Assembly: GCA_050253415.1 (NCBI GenBank)
Contig: JBFWJC010000003.1
Coordinates: 128,001 to 192,000, forward strand
Reading direction: 5' to 3'
Length of the DNA stretch: 64,000 nucleotides
Source: Pedobacter sp.
GTDB taxonomy: Bacteria > Desulfobacterota > Desulfuromonadia > Desulfuromonadales > Syntrophotaleaceae
Notes under the pieces: generated by a model
The model's database searches: none
Seen by the model: the letters and a program-made list of their open reading frames with translations, nothing else
Told to the model about the DNA's origin: nothing
Program-made: the position numbers and the translations under genes
In this document: positions 40,418 to 50,508 of the stretch, one piece after another
Position numbering within the stretch: position 1 is the stretch's first letter
Layout: each line of letters begins with the position of its first letter

Positions 40418-41574
40418 AAAAAGTTTATGCTGGGCAGATCCAGGACCGGGACATTATCAAGGAATCCTTCCTGGTACGAGAGAAAATAACGGCAACGGCT
40501 CGTAACGGAAAAGCCTACCTCACTATCAAATTGATGGATCGCACGGGTGAGGTCGAGGGGCGCGTATGGGATCGCGTTGAAGAACTTTCCGGCTGTTTTG
40601 AAAAGGATGATTTCATCCATGTACAGGGCAAAGCCAGTCTTTATCTTGGCAAAATGCAGCTGGTCATTCAGGACCTAAAAAAGGTTGAAGATGCGCAAGT
40701 CGATCTGGCCGATTATCTGCCCGTGGCTGAACGCAGCATCGAAGACATGCTATCGGAACTTCGGTCGCAGGTGGCAAGTCTACAGACCCCCTGTTTGCGG
40801 GCGTTGATGGACCTTTTTCTGGCCGATGAAGATTTTATGCAAGGATATAGCAGTGCTCCGGCCGCCAAGGCCATCCACCATGTGTATCTCGGTGGTCTGC
40901 TGGATCACTCATTGTCAGTTGCGCGCCTGGCGGATGATATCTGCCGCCACTACCCCACCGTTAATCGCGATATGTTGCTGACCGGTGCCTTGTTGCACGA
41001 TATCGGTAAAGTGGCCGAACTCTGTTACGAACGTGCTTTTGGCTATACCGACGAGGGGAAACTGCTTGGGCATATAACCATCGGTTTTCAGATGCTTGAC
41101 AGTAAACTCGCCCAGGTGGCGGATTTCCCCAGAGACTTGGCGGTACTACTTAAACACTTGCTGTTGTCCCATCATGGACAGTATGAATACGGGTCGCCCA
41201 AACGGCCCAAAACCCTTGAAGCGATCATTCTTAATTATCTGGATGATCTCGATTCCAAGATCAACGGAATTCAAACTCATATCAGCAAGGAGCCGGACAA
41301 TGATGAGTCCTGGACCGGCTATCATCGTATTTACGACCGATATTTCTATAAAAGTCCGGCCGCTGCCATCGAACAATCTGCACCGGATGCACAGGTCTCA
41401 TCACCGCCGGTTGAACCCTCTACGACCACAGTAGAGCCCGCAGCAAAAGGGGCACCTGTGAAAGAGCGGCGGCAGCCTGACGGGCGTCGCAACAATTTCA
41501 ATTTCACATTGGGAGATCAGCTGCGCGGTAAGAACCTGGATTTGTTTTCTTCGGATGAAAGGGACGACAAGTGA
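40414..41574 (+). CDS. YhaM-family 3'-5' exoribonuclease (OB + HD)
   Basis: N-terminal OB fold (DRTGEV.G..W), APAAK.IHH, LLHDIGK, SHHG..EYGSP, DDLD. Confidence 0.9.
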   Translation: MKKVYAGQIQDRDIIKESFLVREKITATARNGKAYLTIKLMDRTGEVEGRVWDRVEELSGCFEKDDFIHVQGKASLYLGKMQLVIQDLKKVEDAQVDLADYLPVAERSIEDMLSELRSQVASLQTPCLRALMDLFLADEDFMQGYSSAPAAKAIHHVYLGGLLDHSLSVARLADDICRHYPTVNRDMLLTGALLHDIGKVAELCYERAFGYTDEGKLLGHITIGFQMLDSKLAQVADFPRDLAVLLKHLLLSHHGQYEYGSPKRPKTLEAIILNYLDDLDSKINGIQTHISKEPDNDESWTGYHRIYDRYFYKSPAAAIEQSAPDAQVSSPPVEPSTTTVEPAAKGAPVKERRQPDGRRNNFNFTLGDQLRGKNLDLFSSDERDDK

Positions 41575-42212
41575 ACGATATATGGCAAAAAAGCATGATG
41601 ACTGGCGAGTTGGGGGTCAATTGCTATATGCTGGGGTGTCCCCAGACTCAGCAAGCCATTGTGATTGATCCCGGTGGCCATGCCGAACGTATTCTTGCGT
41701 TACTCGAAGAAAACGGTTTCACTTTGAAGACGGTGGTCAATACTCATGGCCATTTTGATCATATCGGGGGCAACCGTTATCTCATCGAGAAGACCGGTGC
41801 CGAGCTGCTGCTGCACGGCGCCGACCTGCCGCTGTTGCGGGGGGCTGCCGACCATGCGGCCCAATTCGGTTGTCATGCCATCGATCCATCGCCCGAACCG
41901 ACGCGGCTGTTGCAGGACGGCGACCAAATCGAAGTAGGCAGCATCCTGTTGGATGTGCTTCATGTGCCGGGACATTCTCCTGGCAGCGTGTGCCTTAAAT
42001 GCGGCGATTCGGTGTTTGCCGGTGATGTGCTTTTTGCCGGTTCCATCGGTCGCACCGATCTGCCCGGTGGTGACCATTTGCTGTTGCTGAAGGGGTTGCA
42101 AAATCGTTTGCTGGTGCTTGATGATAGCGTCAAGGTGTTTCCCGGGCATGGTCCGGAAACAACCATCGGCCGTGAACGGAAAAGTAATCCTTATTTGAAT
42201 TATTTCGAATAG
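41571..42212 (+). CDS. MBL-fold metallo-hydrolase (glyoxalase II-like)
   Basis: THGHFDHIG, PGHSPG, GDVLF..SIGRTD, PGHG. Confidence 0.92.
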   Translation: MNDIWQKSMMTGELGVNCYMLGCPQTQQAIVIDPGGHAERILALLEENGFTLKTVVNTHGHFDHIGGNRYLIEKTGAELLLHGADLPLLRGAADHAAQFGCHAIDPSPEPTRLLQDGDQIEVGSILLDVLHVPGHSPGSVCLKCGDSVFAGDVLFAGSIGRTDLPGGDHLLLLKGLQNRLLVLDDSVKVFPGHGPETTIGRERKSNPYLNYFE

Positions 42213-42221
42213 GAAAGACCG

Positions 42222-43424
42222 ATGCTGACAGGTAAACAGATCGTAGTCGGGGTGACCGGTGGGATTGCGGCTTATCGGGCCGCGGAGCTGGTTCGACTTT
42301 ATGTCAAAGCCGGTGCGCAGGTGCATGTGATCATGACTGCTGCCGCTACCGAGTTTGTCACACCCCTGACTTTTCAGACCCTGTCGGGGAACCCCGTGCA
42401 TATCGAATTGTTCAACCTGATAAGCGAACGGGAGATCGGTCATATTGCCCTGGCTGATCGCGCCGATGTGCTGGTCGTGGCCCCGTGTACCGCCAATCTG
42501 GTTGGAAAGGTCGCTGCAGGGCTCGCCGATGACTTGCTCACGACCACTATCATGGCGACCAAGGCGCCGGTCTTGTTTGTCCCCGCCATGAATAGCAACA
42601 TGTGGGAAAATCCGATCTATCAACAGAATCAGGGCCGCCTGGCCGAATTGGGTTACCAGTTTGTCGAGCCGGTCAGCGGGTTGCTTGCCTGCGGCTGGCA
42701 GGGTAAGGGTAAAATGGCCGAACCCGAGGTGGTGTTTGAGGAAACGCTGCGCTTGTTGACACCGCAGGACATGGCTGGTGAAACCATTTTGGTTACCGCC
42801 GGTCCGACCCGTGAAGAGCTCGATCCGGTGCGGTATCTGAGTAATTATTCCTCAGGAAAAATGGGTTACGCCATTGCCCGGGCAGCCAGACAGCGTGGTG
42901 CCGAGGTGATACTGGTATCCGGTCCGACCGCACTTTCCCCACCTGCCGGAGTCCGATTGCACAAGGTTGTAAGTGCGGAGCAGATGAGGCTTGCGGTTCT
43001 GGAACATTTGCCCGCTTGCACCGTGGTGATCAAATCCGCTGCCGTGGCGGATTATCGACCTGCAGAGCGTGCCGTTCAGAAAATTAAAAAAGGTGGAGAA
43101 GATTGCCTGCAGTTGAGCCTGGTTAAAAACCCGGATATCCTTGCGGAAATCGGTAAGGCCAAAAAGGGTCAACTGGTGATCGGGTTTGCCGCTGAGACCC
43201 ACGATCTGGAAGCCCACGCATTGCGCAAGCTGCAAAGCAAGGATCTCGATCTGATTGTCGCCAACGATGTTACCTGCCCGCAGGCAGGGTTTGACGTCGA
43301 TACCAACTTGGTCAGATTGTTTTACCGCAACGGGAAGACGGAGCAGTGGCCTTTGATGAGCAAGGCCGAAGTGGCTGACAGGTTGTTGGACTGTGTCGCT
43401 TGTCTGCGTAGCGCTCCGATGTGA
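42222..43424 (+). CDS. coaBC: Phosphopantothenoylcysteine decarboxylase/synthetase
   Basis: GGIAAY, PAMN..MW, TAGPTRE.LDPVR, SSGKMG, AAVADY, GFAAET. Confidence 0.97.
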   Translation: MLTGKQIVVGVTGGIAAYRAAELVRLYVKAGAQVHVIMTAAATEFVTPLTFQTLSGNPVHIELFNLISEREIGHIALADRADVLVVAPCTANLVGKVAAGLADDLLTTTIMATKAPVLFVPAMNSNMWENPIYQQNQGRLAELGYQFVEPVSGLLACGWQGKGKMAEPEVVFEETLRLLTPQDMAGETILVTAGPTREELDPVRYLSNYSSGKMGYAIARAARQRGAEVILVSGPTALSPPAGVRLHKVVSAEQMRLAVLEHLPACTVVIKSAAVADYRPAERAVQKIKKGGEDCLQLSLVKNPDILAEIGKAKKGQLVIGFAAETHDLEAHALRKLQSKDLDLIVANDVTCPQAGFDVDTNLVRLFYRNGKTEQWPLMSKAEVADRLLDCVACLRSAPM

Positions 43425-43426
43425 AA

Positions 43427-44347
43427 TCAGTACCCCGATAGCAATTCGAGAAGTTTTTCCGGATGGACGATTCCTTGACGCAAGCGCTGTTTTATTTCAA
43501 TTAGCAATTGTTCTGCCTGGGCCGCTGGCAATTTACCTTCCAACCATAGCAGGTGCAGGTTTTTGCGGATCGCCTTGGCAGCATGCAGGGCTCTTTCGCC
43601 AGCGGGGTCAGCTTTCCAGTATGGGCTTTCCTGCATATTCTGCAGTACACTCAGGACGGCTTCGTGGGCAAGTGTCAAATACTCTTCCTGGTTGATTTCC
43701 TGCAGAGTCCATTTGGAATGATCCGCCACGGAACGTAGCATTTTTTGCCATTGCTGTAAGCGGCTTAACAGTAGCAGAGAGTTGAAAAGCCGTTTGTTGG
43801 TGCCGAACGAGAACAGGGTCGGTGCCAGGATGCTGCGCAGCAGGGTATCGTTGGCGCTTAAATCCTTTTGTGCCATCGAACGGGCCAAAGCCCAGCAGGC
43901 GGGGTCAACCCGGCTTTCAAAGCGCATCTCCCAATATGTATGCTTATGCATGGCGGTGTTAAAGGTGCGTACCAGTTTATACGGCACCAGGTATGAGTGG
44001 GCAATGGTGTCCGCAGCCAGGTGTGCTATGTAGCCGTAGGCGCAGGCCCGTTGGGCATCATTTTCGGCCGCATCGATGATTCGGCACCCCACCCGCCATG
44101 AATGGCAATGTTGCAGATAGTGGGTAAAGCGTTTGCCCAGGGTGATATCGGCACTGATACAGCCGTAGAGAAAATCGAAGGGGTGGGAGGCGATCAACTG
44201 CCGGAGGGCTTCAGGCAGGAGGTGCAATTCACCCAGTATCTGTGAACCGAGTTGCAGATGCACCCCCAGACCCCAAGCCAGAGCAGTGGTGGGGACCGAA
44301 AGAATCATGATTAAAATTATGAGTGTTATTTTGAACGCCATAGACAC
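43427..44347 (-). CDS. Zinc-dependent phospholipase C family protein
   Basis: Signal peptide ending ALA then WG..VH; HCHSW, HLAAD..AH, H..WE; start 44347 or 44341. Confidence 0.82.
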   Translation of the reverse strand: MSMAFKITLIILIMILSVPTTALAWGLGVHLQLGSQILGELHLLPEALRQLIASHPFDFLYGCISADITLGKRFTHYLQHCHSWRVGCRIIDAAENDAQRACAYGYIAHLAADTIAHSYLVPYKLVRTFNTAMHKHTYWEMRFESRVDPACWALARSMAQKDLSANDTLLRSILAPTLFSFGTNKRLFNSLLLLSRLQQWQKMLRSVADHSKWTLQEINQEEYLTLAHEAVLSVLQNMQESPYWKADPAGERALHAAKAIRKNLHLLWLEGKLPAAQAEQLLIEIKQRLRQGIVHPEKLLELLSGY

Positions 44348-44403
44348 CTGCGTTGATTTGTTGCTACAGGATAATCCCGCAGGGAAGGAAATGTAAAGAG
44401 ACT

Positions 44404-45135
44404 ATGCCGCAAAAGCTTTATCGGGATTTATGTGAGGCTGCCGGGCAGGTGCGCGGTCTTCTGGAAAATCTTCATCTGCTGGGCGTCCGAGAATTGCCCT
44501 GCCCGGTGGAGACCGTTCCTCCACCAATCTGTCCAACAGGGTCCGATACTGCAGATCTTGTGTCCGGCATATGCCGTTCCGAAACCCTGGAGGAGATTCG
44601 CACCGATCTGGGGGACTGTTGTCGGTGTCTGCTCAGTCAAGGGCGTGAGCATATCGTCTTTGGGTGTGGTAATGAAAAGGCACGGGTGGTCTTTGTTGGC
44701 GAAGCTCCGGGGCGCGAAGAGGACAAGCAGGGGGTTCCTTTTGTCGGTGAGGCCGGCCGGCTTTTGGACCGTATGCTGTTTGCCATGGGGTTATGCCGCG
44801 AGGATGTTTATATTTGCAATGTTCAAAAATGCCGACCTCCGGGTAACAGGGATCCGCAGCCTGAGGAAATAGCTGCCTGCAAGCCTTTTCTGGCTCGGCA
44901 GTTAGCTGCTATCCGCCCTCGTGTCATCGTTACCTTGGGACGATTCGCAGCCCAGGTCTTATTGAACGAAGAGGAAGCCATCAGCCGGTTACGCGGCCAA
45001 TGGTATGCCTACGAGGGCATTCCACTGATGCCGACGTATCACCCTGCTTACTTGTTGCGAAATCCTGCATCCAAGCGTGAAGTTTGGGAAGATCTCAAGC
45101 TGGTCATGAGCCGCTTGCGTGACAGCGACACCTGA
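44404..45135 (+). CDS. Uracil-DNA glycosylase family 4
   Basis: CCRC, GEAPG..ED..G.PFVG, KCRPP, HPAYLLR. Confidence 0.93.
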   Translation: MPQKLYRDLCEAAGQVRGLLENLHLLGVRELPCPVETVPPPICPTGSDTADLVSGICRSETLEEIRTDLGDCCRCLLSQGREHIVFGCGNEKARVVFVGEAPGREEDKQGVPFVGEAGRLLDRMLFAMGLCREDVYICNVQKCRPPGNRDPQPEEIAACKPFLARQLAAIRPRVIVTLGRFAAQVLLNEEEAISRLRGQWYAYEGIPLMPTYHPAYLLRNPASKREVWEDLKLVMSRLRDSDT

Positions 45136-45148
45136 AAGGGCCATTAAA

Positions 45149-45907
45149 GTGCCCCCGTTGGTTCTGGAAAATATAGAAAAAGTTCGTACCGGCCAAGACG
45201 GGCGCCCCCGCCAGATTCTGCAACGGGTATGCATGACCATTCCTGCGGGTCGTATTACAGTGCTTATCGGCCCGTCCGGCTGCGGTAAAACCACCCTTCT
45301 GCGCCTTATCAATCGACTGGAGGATCCCACCGCCGGGCGTATTTTGCTGGGCGGTGAGAATATTGCCGTATTGGATCCACTGATACTCCGCCAGACGGTG
45401 GGGATGGTGCCTCAAAAACCCTTCATGTTTGCCGGAACCGTTCAGGAAAACCTGCAACATCCTTTCCTTCTGCGCAAACAGATTCCTCCTTTACCAACGG
45501 ATCCCTTGTGGTCTGAGTGTCTTGCCCGGGTCGATCTTCCCAATGAAATTTTACGGCGACAGGCGGGGAGTCTGTCATTGGGAGAACAGCAGCGGGTGGG
45601 ATTGGCGCGGGCCCTGCTATGCGGGCCTCAGGTGGTCCTGTTGGATGAACCGACAAGTGCTCTGGACCGACCTTCCAGTGATCGTTTTGCCCGGTCGATC
45701 CGGTCTCTGTGCCAGGGGAATCATTTAACCCTGTTGCTGGTGACGCATGACCTGTGGTTCGCCGAACGCGTTGCGGATGACGTCGTATTTCTCGTGGACG
45801 GGAGCATTGTGGAACAGGGAACCGCCGCGCAGATCTTTACAGACCCGCAAACGCCGGCGTTACAACAATTTTTTCTGTATCCCGACAAGGCAGGAGACCT
45901 TTTGTGA
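45149..45907 (+). CDS. ABC transporter ATP-binding protein (FetA/YbbL-like)
   Basis: GPSGCGKT, LSLGEQQR, LLDEPT, THD. Confidence 0.88.
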   Translation: MPPLVLENIEKVRTGQDGRPRQILQRVCMTIPAGRITVLIGPSGCGKTTLLRLINRLEDPTAGRILLGGENIAVLDPLILRQTVGMVPQKPFMFAGTVQENLQHPFLLRKQIPPLPTDPLWSECLARVDLPNEILRRQAGSLSLGEQQRVGLARALLCGPQVVLLDEPTSALDRPSSDRFARSIRSLCQGNHLTLLLVTHDLWFAERVADDVVFLVDGSIVEQGTAAQIFTDPQTPALQQFFLYPDKAGDLL

Positions 45908-46695
45908 GCCAGGCCGTTATCATTGATCCGGGGGTGGCCAATCTGGCATTTTGCTACGGTCTGATTCTTCTGGTTGTCGGCCTGGCAAGATTCGGGGGGG
46001 CAGGCCGTGAAAAAGACCTGTTATGGGCCTCGTTTCGAATGATCGTACAGCTTACAGCTGTCGGTTTTTTGCTGCGGTTTATTTTCGCCGTTCAAAGCCC
46101 TTTTCCGACCCTGCTAATTTTGCTGCTTATGGGCACTTTTGCCCTGCAGGTCATGGGTGGTCGCGTTAAATCAAAGGTGCCGGGCTTCTATCGAATCGTC
46201 GGACTATCCCTGCTATTTGGCTGCGGCGGTGTGATCGTTTATTTTTGCCTGTTAGTCGTGGGGGCTTCTCCCTGGTACAGTCCAAGGTATCTCATTCCTC
46301 TGGCAAGTATGATTCTTGGTAATTCCATGAACGGTGCCAGTTTGGCGGTTGAGCGCTATCTGTCCGAGGTTCGGGAGCGACGCGATGAAATCGAAACCGC
46401 ATTGTGTCTTGGCGCCAGTTCGGCAACTGCCGCCTCGCCGGCCTTGCGGCAGGCGTTTCGTGCTGCCCTCATCCCGACGACCAATACCATGGCAGCTGCC
46501 GGTCTGGTCACATTACCCGGCATGATGACCGGGCAGATCCTCTCCGGAACGGATCCGTTGATCGCAGTCAAATACCAGATTGCCATAATGTGCGCTATCG
46601 TTGCCGGTGTGGCATTAACCGCTTTTCTGGCGCTTTGTCAGTGTCGAAAGGTTTGTTTTACCGCGTTTCATCAACTTCGGGACAACCTCTTCTGA
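45904..46695 (+). CDS. UPF0014 ABC permease (FetB/YbbM-like)
   Basis: RMIVQL..VG, IPLASMILGNSMN, GLVTLPGMMTGQIL.G, AVKYQI. Confidence 0.9.
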   Translation: MSQAVIIDPGVANLAFCYGLILLVVGLARFGGAGREKDLLWASFRMIVQLTAVGFLLRFIFAVQSPFPTLLILLLMGTFALQVMGGRVKSKVPGFYRIVGLSLLFGCGGVIVYFCLLVVGASPWYSPRYLIPLASMILGNSMNGASLAVERYLSEVRERRDEIETALCLGASSATAASPALRQAFRAALIPTTNTMAAAGLVTLPGMMTGQILSGTDPLIAVKYQIAIMCAIVAGVALTAFLALCQCRKVCFTAFHQLRDNLF

Positions 46696-46875
46696 GTTCA
46701 CCAATCTTGTATACGTTGCATTCCTCCTCATTCGTTGCCTGAAAAATATCCTAATTAATGCTCCAGGGGTGGTTTGATCGGTTTTTTATCGTAAACTTCC
46801 AAGAGAGAGTTTTGTTGAGATGCTGGTTCTGCAGCAACAACTTGGCGCCTTTTAATGATCGAGGAGGTCACTGTT

Positions 46876-48282
46876 ATGAAGAAGCCTTTGGGAGAACGGC
46901 TGGTGGATGAAGGGGTGATTTCACAGCAACAACTCGATGCTGCGTTACAGCGGCAAAGACTCCGCGGAGGGCGGCTTGGACAAAACCTGTGTGCTCTGGG
47001 CTTTCTCGATGAAAAGAAACTGCAGGCATCATTCCGCAAGCCACCTGAGTGCCCCCAGACGGTTGAGGACACCGGCCTCGATTTGTTTTTCATTGCCGAT
47101 CTGGTATTGAAACACACCTTGTTCCTCGGTGATTTTACGCTGGCGGAGTTGATGGATCGGGTGAAGCTCCCCGCGAACATTATGGATCAGGCTGTGGAAG
47201 AATTGAGGCGGGAACATTTCGTCAAGGTTAAGGGCGCCTCTCTCTATTCCAAAAGCAGTTATCAGTATTCCATTACCGAACCTGGTATCCGCCGGGCATC
47301 CGCGTTGCTGGATGTATCGCGTTATGTCGGTCCGGCTCCGGTGAGTCTGGAAGATTATCGGGATATGGTTGATCTTCAAACGGTGCGCAGTCTGCTCGTA
47401 AGCCAGGAACGTGTGCATCAGGTTTTCTCCCACCTGGTGGTCAGCGACCGGCTATTGCATCGCCTTGGTCCGGCTTTGAGTTCCGGCAAAGAAATTTTTC
47501 TCTACGGTCCGCCGGGAAACGGAAAAACATCCATCGCTGAGACGATTGCAGAATTATTGCCGGGGGGCATCTATATGCCTTACGCATTGCTGGTGCGAGG
47601 CGAGATCATTAACGTCTATGATCCGGTGAATCATCATGCTCTGGAGGTAGAAAGCGGTGGTGGCACTTATGATGAACGCTGGATGCTGGTTCGCAGGCCG
47701 GTGGTGATCGCAGGTGGAGAATTGACCCTGCGCACTCTCGACCTGGACTTCAATCCTATCACCAAATATTACGAGGCCCCGTTGCAGGTCAAGGCCAATA
47801 ACGGCGTCTTCATCATCGACGATTTTGGTCGCCAGCATGTCGATCCGCAGTTATTGCTTAATCGCTGGATGGTACCCCTCGATCGGCGTATCGATTTTTT
47901 GACGTTGCATACCGGGATGAAGTTTGAAATACCTTTTGATAACCTGGTGATATTTTCTACTAATATCGAACCGCATGAATTGGTTGATGAAGCCTTTTTG
48001 AGGCGTATTCATTACAAATTCAAGGTTGACTATCCCACCGGGGAGCAATTTGAAAATATTTTCAGACAAGTTTGCCAGCTTAATGGGATCGCTTTCGATA
48101 AATCGGTATTCACCTATTTGATGGATCAGTTTTATCGTCGGCTGGATATCCCCTACAGTGCCTGCCATCCTCAGGATATGATAGAGCATATTCTGGCGGA
48201 TGCTTCCTATCATGGTTACCCGCCGGTTATGACGCGAGAAAGTATCGCAGCGGCCTGGGAGGATTATTTTGTGCGTATTTAA
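46876..48282 (+). CDS. AAA+ ATPase with N-terminal MshEN-like tandem motif
   Basis: N-terminal PLGERLVDEGVISQQQLDAALQRQ..RLGQNLCALGFL; Walker A GPPGNGKT, Walker B FIIDD, STN, FLRRI; SD GAGGAGG. Confidence 0.85.
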   Translation: MKKPLGERLVDEGVISQQQLDAALQRQRLRGGRLGQNLCALGFLDEKKLQASFRKPPECPQTVEDTGLDLFFIADLVLKHTLFLGDFTLAELMDRVKLPANIMDQAVEELRREHFVKVKGASLYSKSSYQYSITEPGIRRASALLDVSRYVGPAPVSLEDYRDMVDLQTVRSLLVSQERVHQVFSHLVVSDRLLHRLGPALSSGKEIFLYGPPGNGKTSIAETIAELLPGGIYMPYALLVRGEIINVYDPVNHHALEVESGGGTYDERWMLVRRPVVIAGGELTLRTLDLDFNPITKYYEAPLQVKANNGVFIIDDFGRQHVDPQLLLNRWMVPLDRRIDFLTLHTGMKFEIPFDNLVIFSTNIEPHELVDEAFLRRIHYKFKVDYPTGEQFENIFRQVCQLNGIAFDKSVFTYLMDQFYRRLDIPYSACHPQDMIEHILADASYHGYPPVMTRESIAAAWEDYFVRI

Positions 48283-48416
48283 CAGGCAATGCATACAAAA
48301 AGTGGGATAAGACTTGACAGGACGAATCGAATTTATTAATAGATAGGCGCCCTAAATGACATGCGGTATTTTGCAAGCCTGCGCTTGCTACTGTTTTTTG
48401 ATGAAAAGGCCTTTTT

Positions 48417-49253
48417 ATGGAAACCTTTTTGGCGCCAGCAAAAATTAATATTTGTCTGCATGTGCTTAATCGTCGTGCGGATGGCTATCACGAGCTGGCC
48501 ATGCTCATGCAACGCGTATCGTTGTATGACAAAATAAGCATGTCTTTAACGGATGGCATGGACATCCGGGTGCAGTGCGGTGGCGTCAAACTGCCGGTCG
48601 GTCAACAGAATATTGCAGCGTCTGCGGCTCAAGCACTTTTTGACCGCGCCGGTGTTCGCCAGGGACTGGATATTGTTATTGAAAAAAATATTCCTGTGGC
48701 CGCCGGGTTGGGTGGCGGTTCCTCGGATGCTGCCACCGTATTGATGGGGCTCAATCAGATGCTGAGTCTCGGGTTTTCTCCTGAGCAACTTATGGAAACC
48801 GGCGTGAAACTCGGTGCTGACGTGCCGTTTTTTATCTTTAAGCATGCTGCCTGGGCAACCGGCATCGGCGACAGGCTGGAAGAAGTTCACGGATTGCCTC
48901 CGGTCTGGTACGTACTGGTTAATCCAGGTCTTGAAGTATCGACAGCGTGGGTTTATAAAAATTTGCGGTTGACATCCCCGAGGGATAATCTTAGAATACC
49001 TCGATTTTCCGGCACGGTAGAAGAAGTGATTAATCTTCTGCATAACGACCTCGAGACGGTAACTGTTGAGCGTTTCCCGCTGATAGAGCAGGTTAAGCAA
49101 CAGTTGATCCAGCTCGGTGCCAAGGGCGCCTTGATGAGTGGTAGCGGCTCCACTGTTTTCGGTGTTTTCAGTGATGAAGACGCTGCAAAGGCTGCTGCCG
49201 ATGAGATGTCTTGCCACGATGGTTGGCGGGCCTTTGCGGTTAAGCCGATATAG
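48417..49253 (+). CDS. ispE: 4-diphosphocytidyl-2-C-methyl-D-erythritol kinase
   Basis: APAKIN, IPVAAGLGGGSSDAA, LGADVPFF, MSGSGSTVFG. Confidence 0.96.
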   Translation: METFLAPAKINICLHVLNRRADGYHELAMLMQRVSLYDKISMSLTDGMDIRVQCGGVKLPVGQQNIAASAAQALFDRAGVRQGLDIVIEKNIPVAAGLGGGSSDAATVLMGLNQMLSLGFSPEQLMETGVKLGADVPFFIFKHAAWATGIGDRLEEVHGLPPVWYVLVNPGLEVSTAWVYKNLRLTSPRDNLRIPRFSGTVEEVINLLHNDLETVTVERFPLIEQVKQQLIQLGAKGALMSGSGSTVFGVFSDEDAAKAAADEMSCHDGWRAFAVKPI

Positions 49254-49293
49254 GGTAGCCGGTTTTTAAGAATGTAAAGTAATGGTAAATTGT

Positions 49294-49368
49294 TGGGGCG
49301 TCGCCAAGCGGTAAGGCACCGGATTTTGATTCCGGCATTCCCAGGTTCGAATCCTGGCGCCCCAGCCA
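49294..49368 (+). tRNA. tRNA-Gln(UUG)
   Basis: 75-nt cloverleaf TGGGGCG...CGCCCCAGCCA, anticodon arm CCGGA-TTTTGAT-TCCGG, GGTTCGAATCC, encoded CCA. Confidence 0.98.
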
Positions 49369-49457
49369 CATTTAAATAGTCGCGTTATCGAGGTAGATAG
49401 TTTTTTGGCCTGTGACGCGAATCGACAGCCGGACACTCGTTGGTCCCGGTTGCATAA

Positions 49458-49489
49458 CAGGTCATGGTCTCCATGGCCTGCAGTTTTTT
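49458..49489 (+). terminator. Terminator-like hairpin between tRNA-Gln and prs
   Basis: CAGGTCATGG-tct-CCATGGCCTG, then cagTTTTTT. Confidence 0.5.
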
Positions 49490-49515
49490 CTTACTTACCA
49501 ACTGAGGATTTTGTC

Positions 49516-50454
49516 GTGAACAACCTGAAAATTTTTTCCGGTAATTCGAATACGCCTCTTGCTCGGGAGATCTGCGGACACCTTGCCGTTCCTCTCGGGG
49601 CAGCCAAGGTTCGTGCTTTTTCCGACGGCGAAATCATGGTAGAGATCGGCGAGAACGTACGTGGTCGTGATGTTTATATCATCCAGTCCACCTGTGCGCC
49701 GGCCAACGACAACCTCATGGAATTGTTGATTATGGCGGATGCTCTCAAACGGGCATCTGCGGCGCGCATTACGGCCGTTATTCCATATTTTGGTTATGCC
49801 AGACAAGATCGCAAGGTTGCGCCCCGTACCCCGATTACCAGCAAGTTGGTCGCAGATCTTATCTCTACTTCGGGTTTTGATAGGGTTTTGACCATGGATC
49901 TGCATGCTGGACAGATCCAGGGGTTTTTCAATATCCCCGTGGATCATCTGTATGCTGCACCGGTCATCCTTCGGGATATAGCCGATCGCTTTGAAGATTC
50001 GCCGGTTGTGGTTTCTCCCGATGCGGGAGGTACCGAGCGGGCCAGGGCTTTTGCCAAACGTCTGGATGCCAGTCTCGCCATCATTGATAAGCGGCGCAGC
50101 GGACCCAATGTTTCACAGGTTATGAATATTATCGGTGATGTTGAAGGTAAGAATTGTATCATCGTTGATGATATGATCGATACAGCAGGTACTCTCTGCC
50201 AGGCAGCGCAAGCCCTGAAAGATAAAGGGGCAGGGGATATCTATGCTTTTGCTACACATGCGGTTCTTTCCGGACCTGCCTTGGAGCGGATTGACAATAG
50301 TTGTTTGAAAGAAGTAGTCGTTACTAACACCATTCCAGTGATGGAGAAAGTCAAGCTCTGCAGTCGGTTGCGGCAGTTGTCGGTCGCCGAACTTCTGGCT
50401 GAAGCTATTCGACGTATCAATGGTAGTGAATCAGTTAGTTCTCTTTTTGTATAA
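49516..50454 (+). CDS. prs: Ribose-phosphate pyrophosphokinase
   Basis: [46 protein letters not shown] after GAGGA. Confidence 0.97.
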   Translation: MNNLKIFSGNSNTPLAREICGHLAVPLGAAKVRAFSDGEIMVEIGENVRGRDVYIIQSTCAPANDNLMELLIMADALKRASAARITAVIPYFGYARQDRKVAPRTPITSKLVADLISTSGFDRVLTMDLHAGQIQGFFNIPVDHLYAAPVILRDIADRFEDSPVVVSPDAGGTERARAFAKRLDASLAIIDKRRSGPNVSQVMNIIGDVEGKNCIIVDDMIDTAGTLCQAAQALKDKGAGDIYAFATHAVLSGPALERIDNSCLKEVVVTNTIPVMEKVKLCSRLRQLSVAELLAEAIRRINGSESVSSLFV

Positions 50455-50508
50455 ATAGACAGGGTTCAACACGAACCGAAATAACGTGAGGATTGGAGGA
50501 ACGGATAC

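Noticed and set aside
48953..49369. Minus-strand ORF starting [19 protein letters not shown]
   Set aside because: Typical antisense translation of a tRNA gene, continuing into the ispE antisense strand.
49369..49515. PRPP/ykkC riboswitch or an integrated element after tRNA-Gln
   Set aside because: No ykkC consensus, no integrase and no visible duplicated tRNA 3' end; the ispE-tRNA-prs order is intact.
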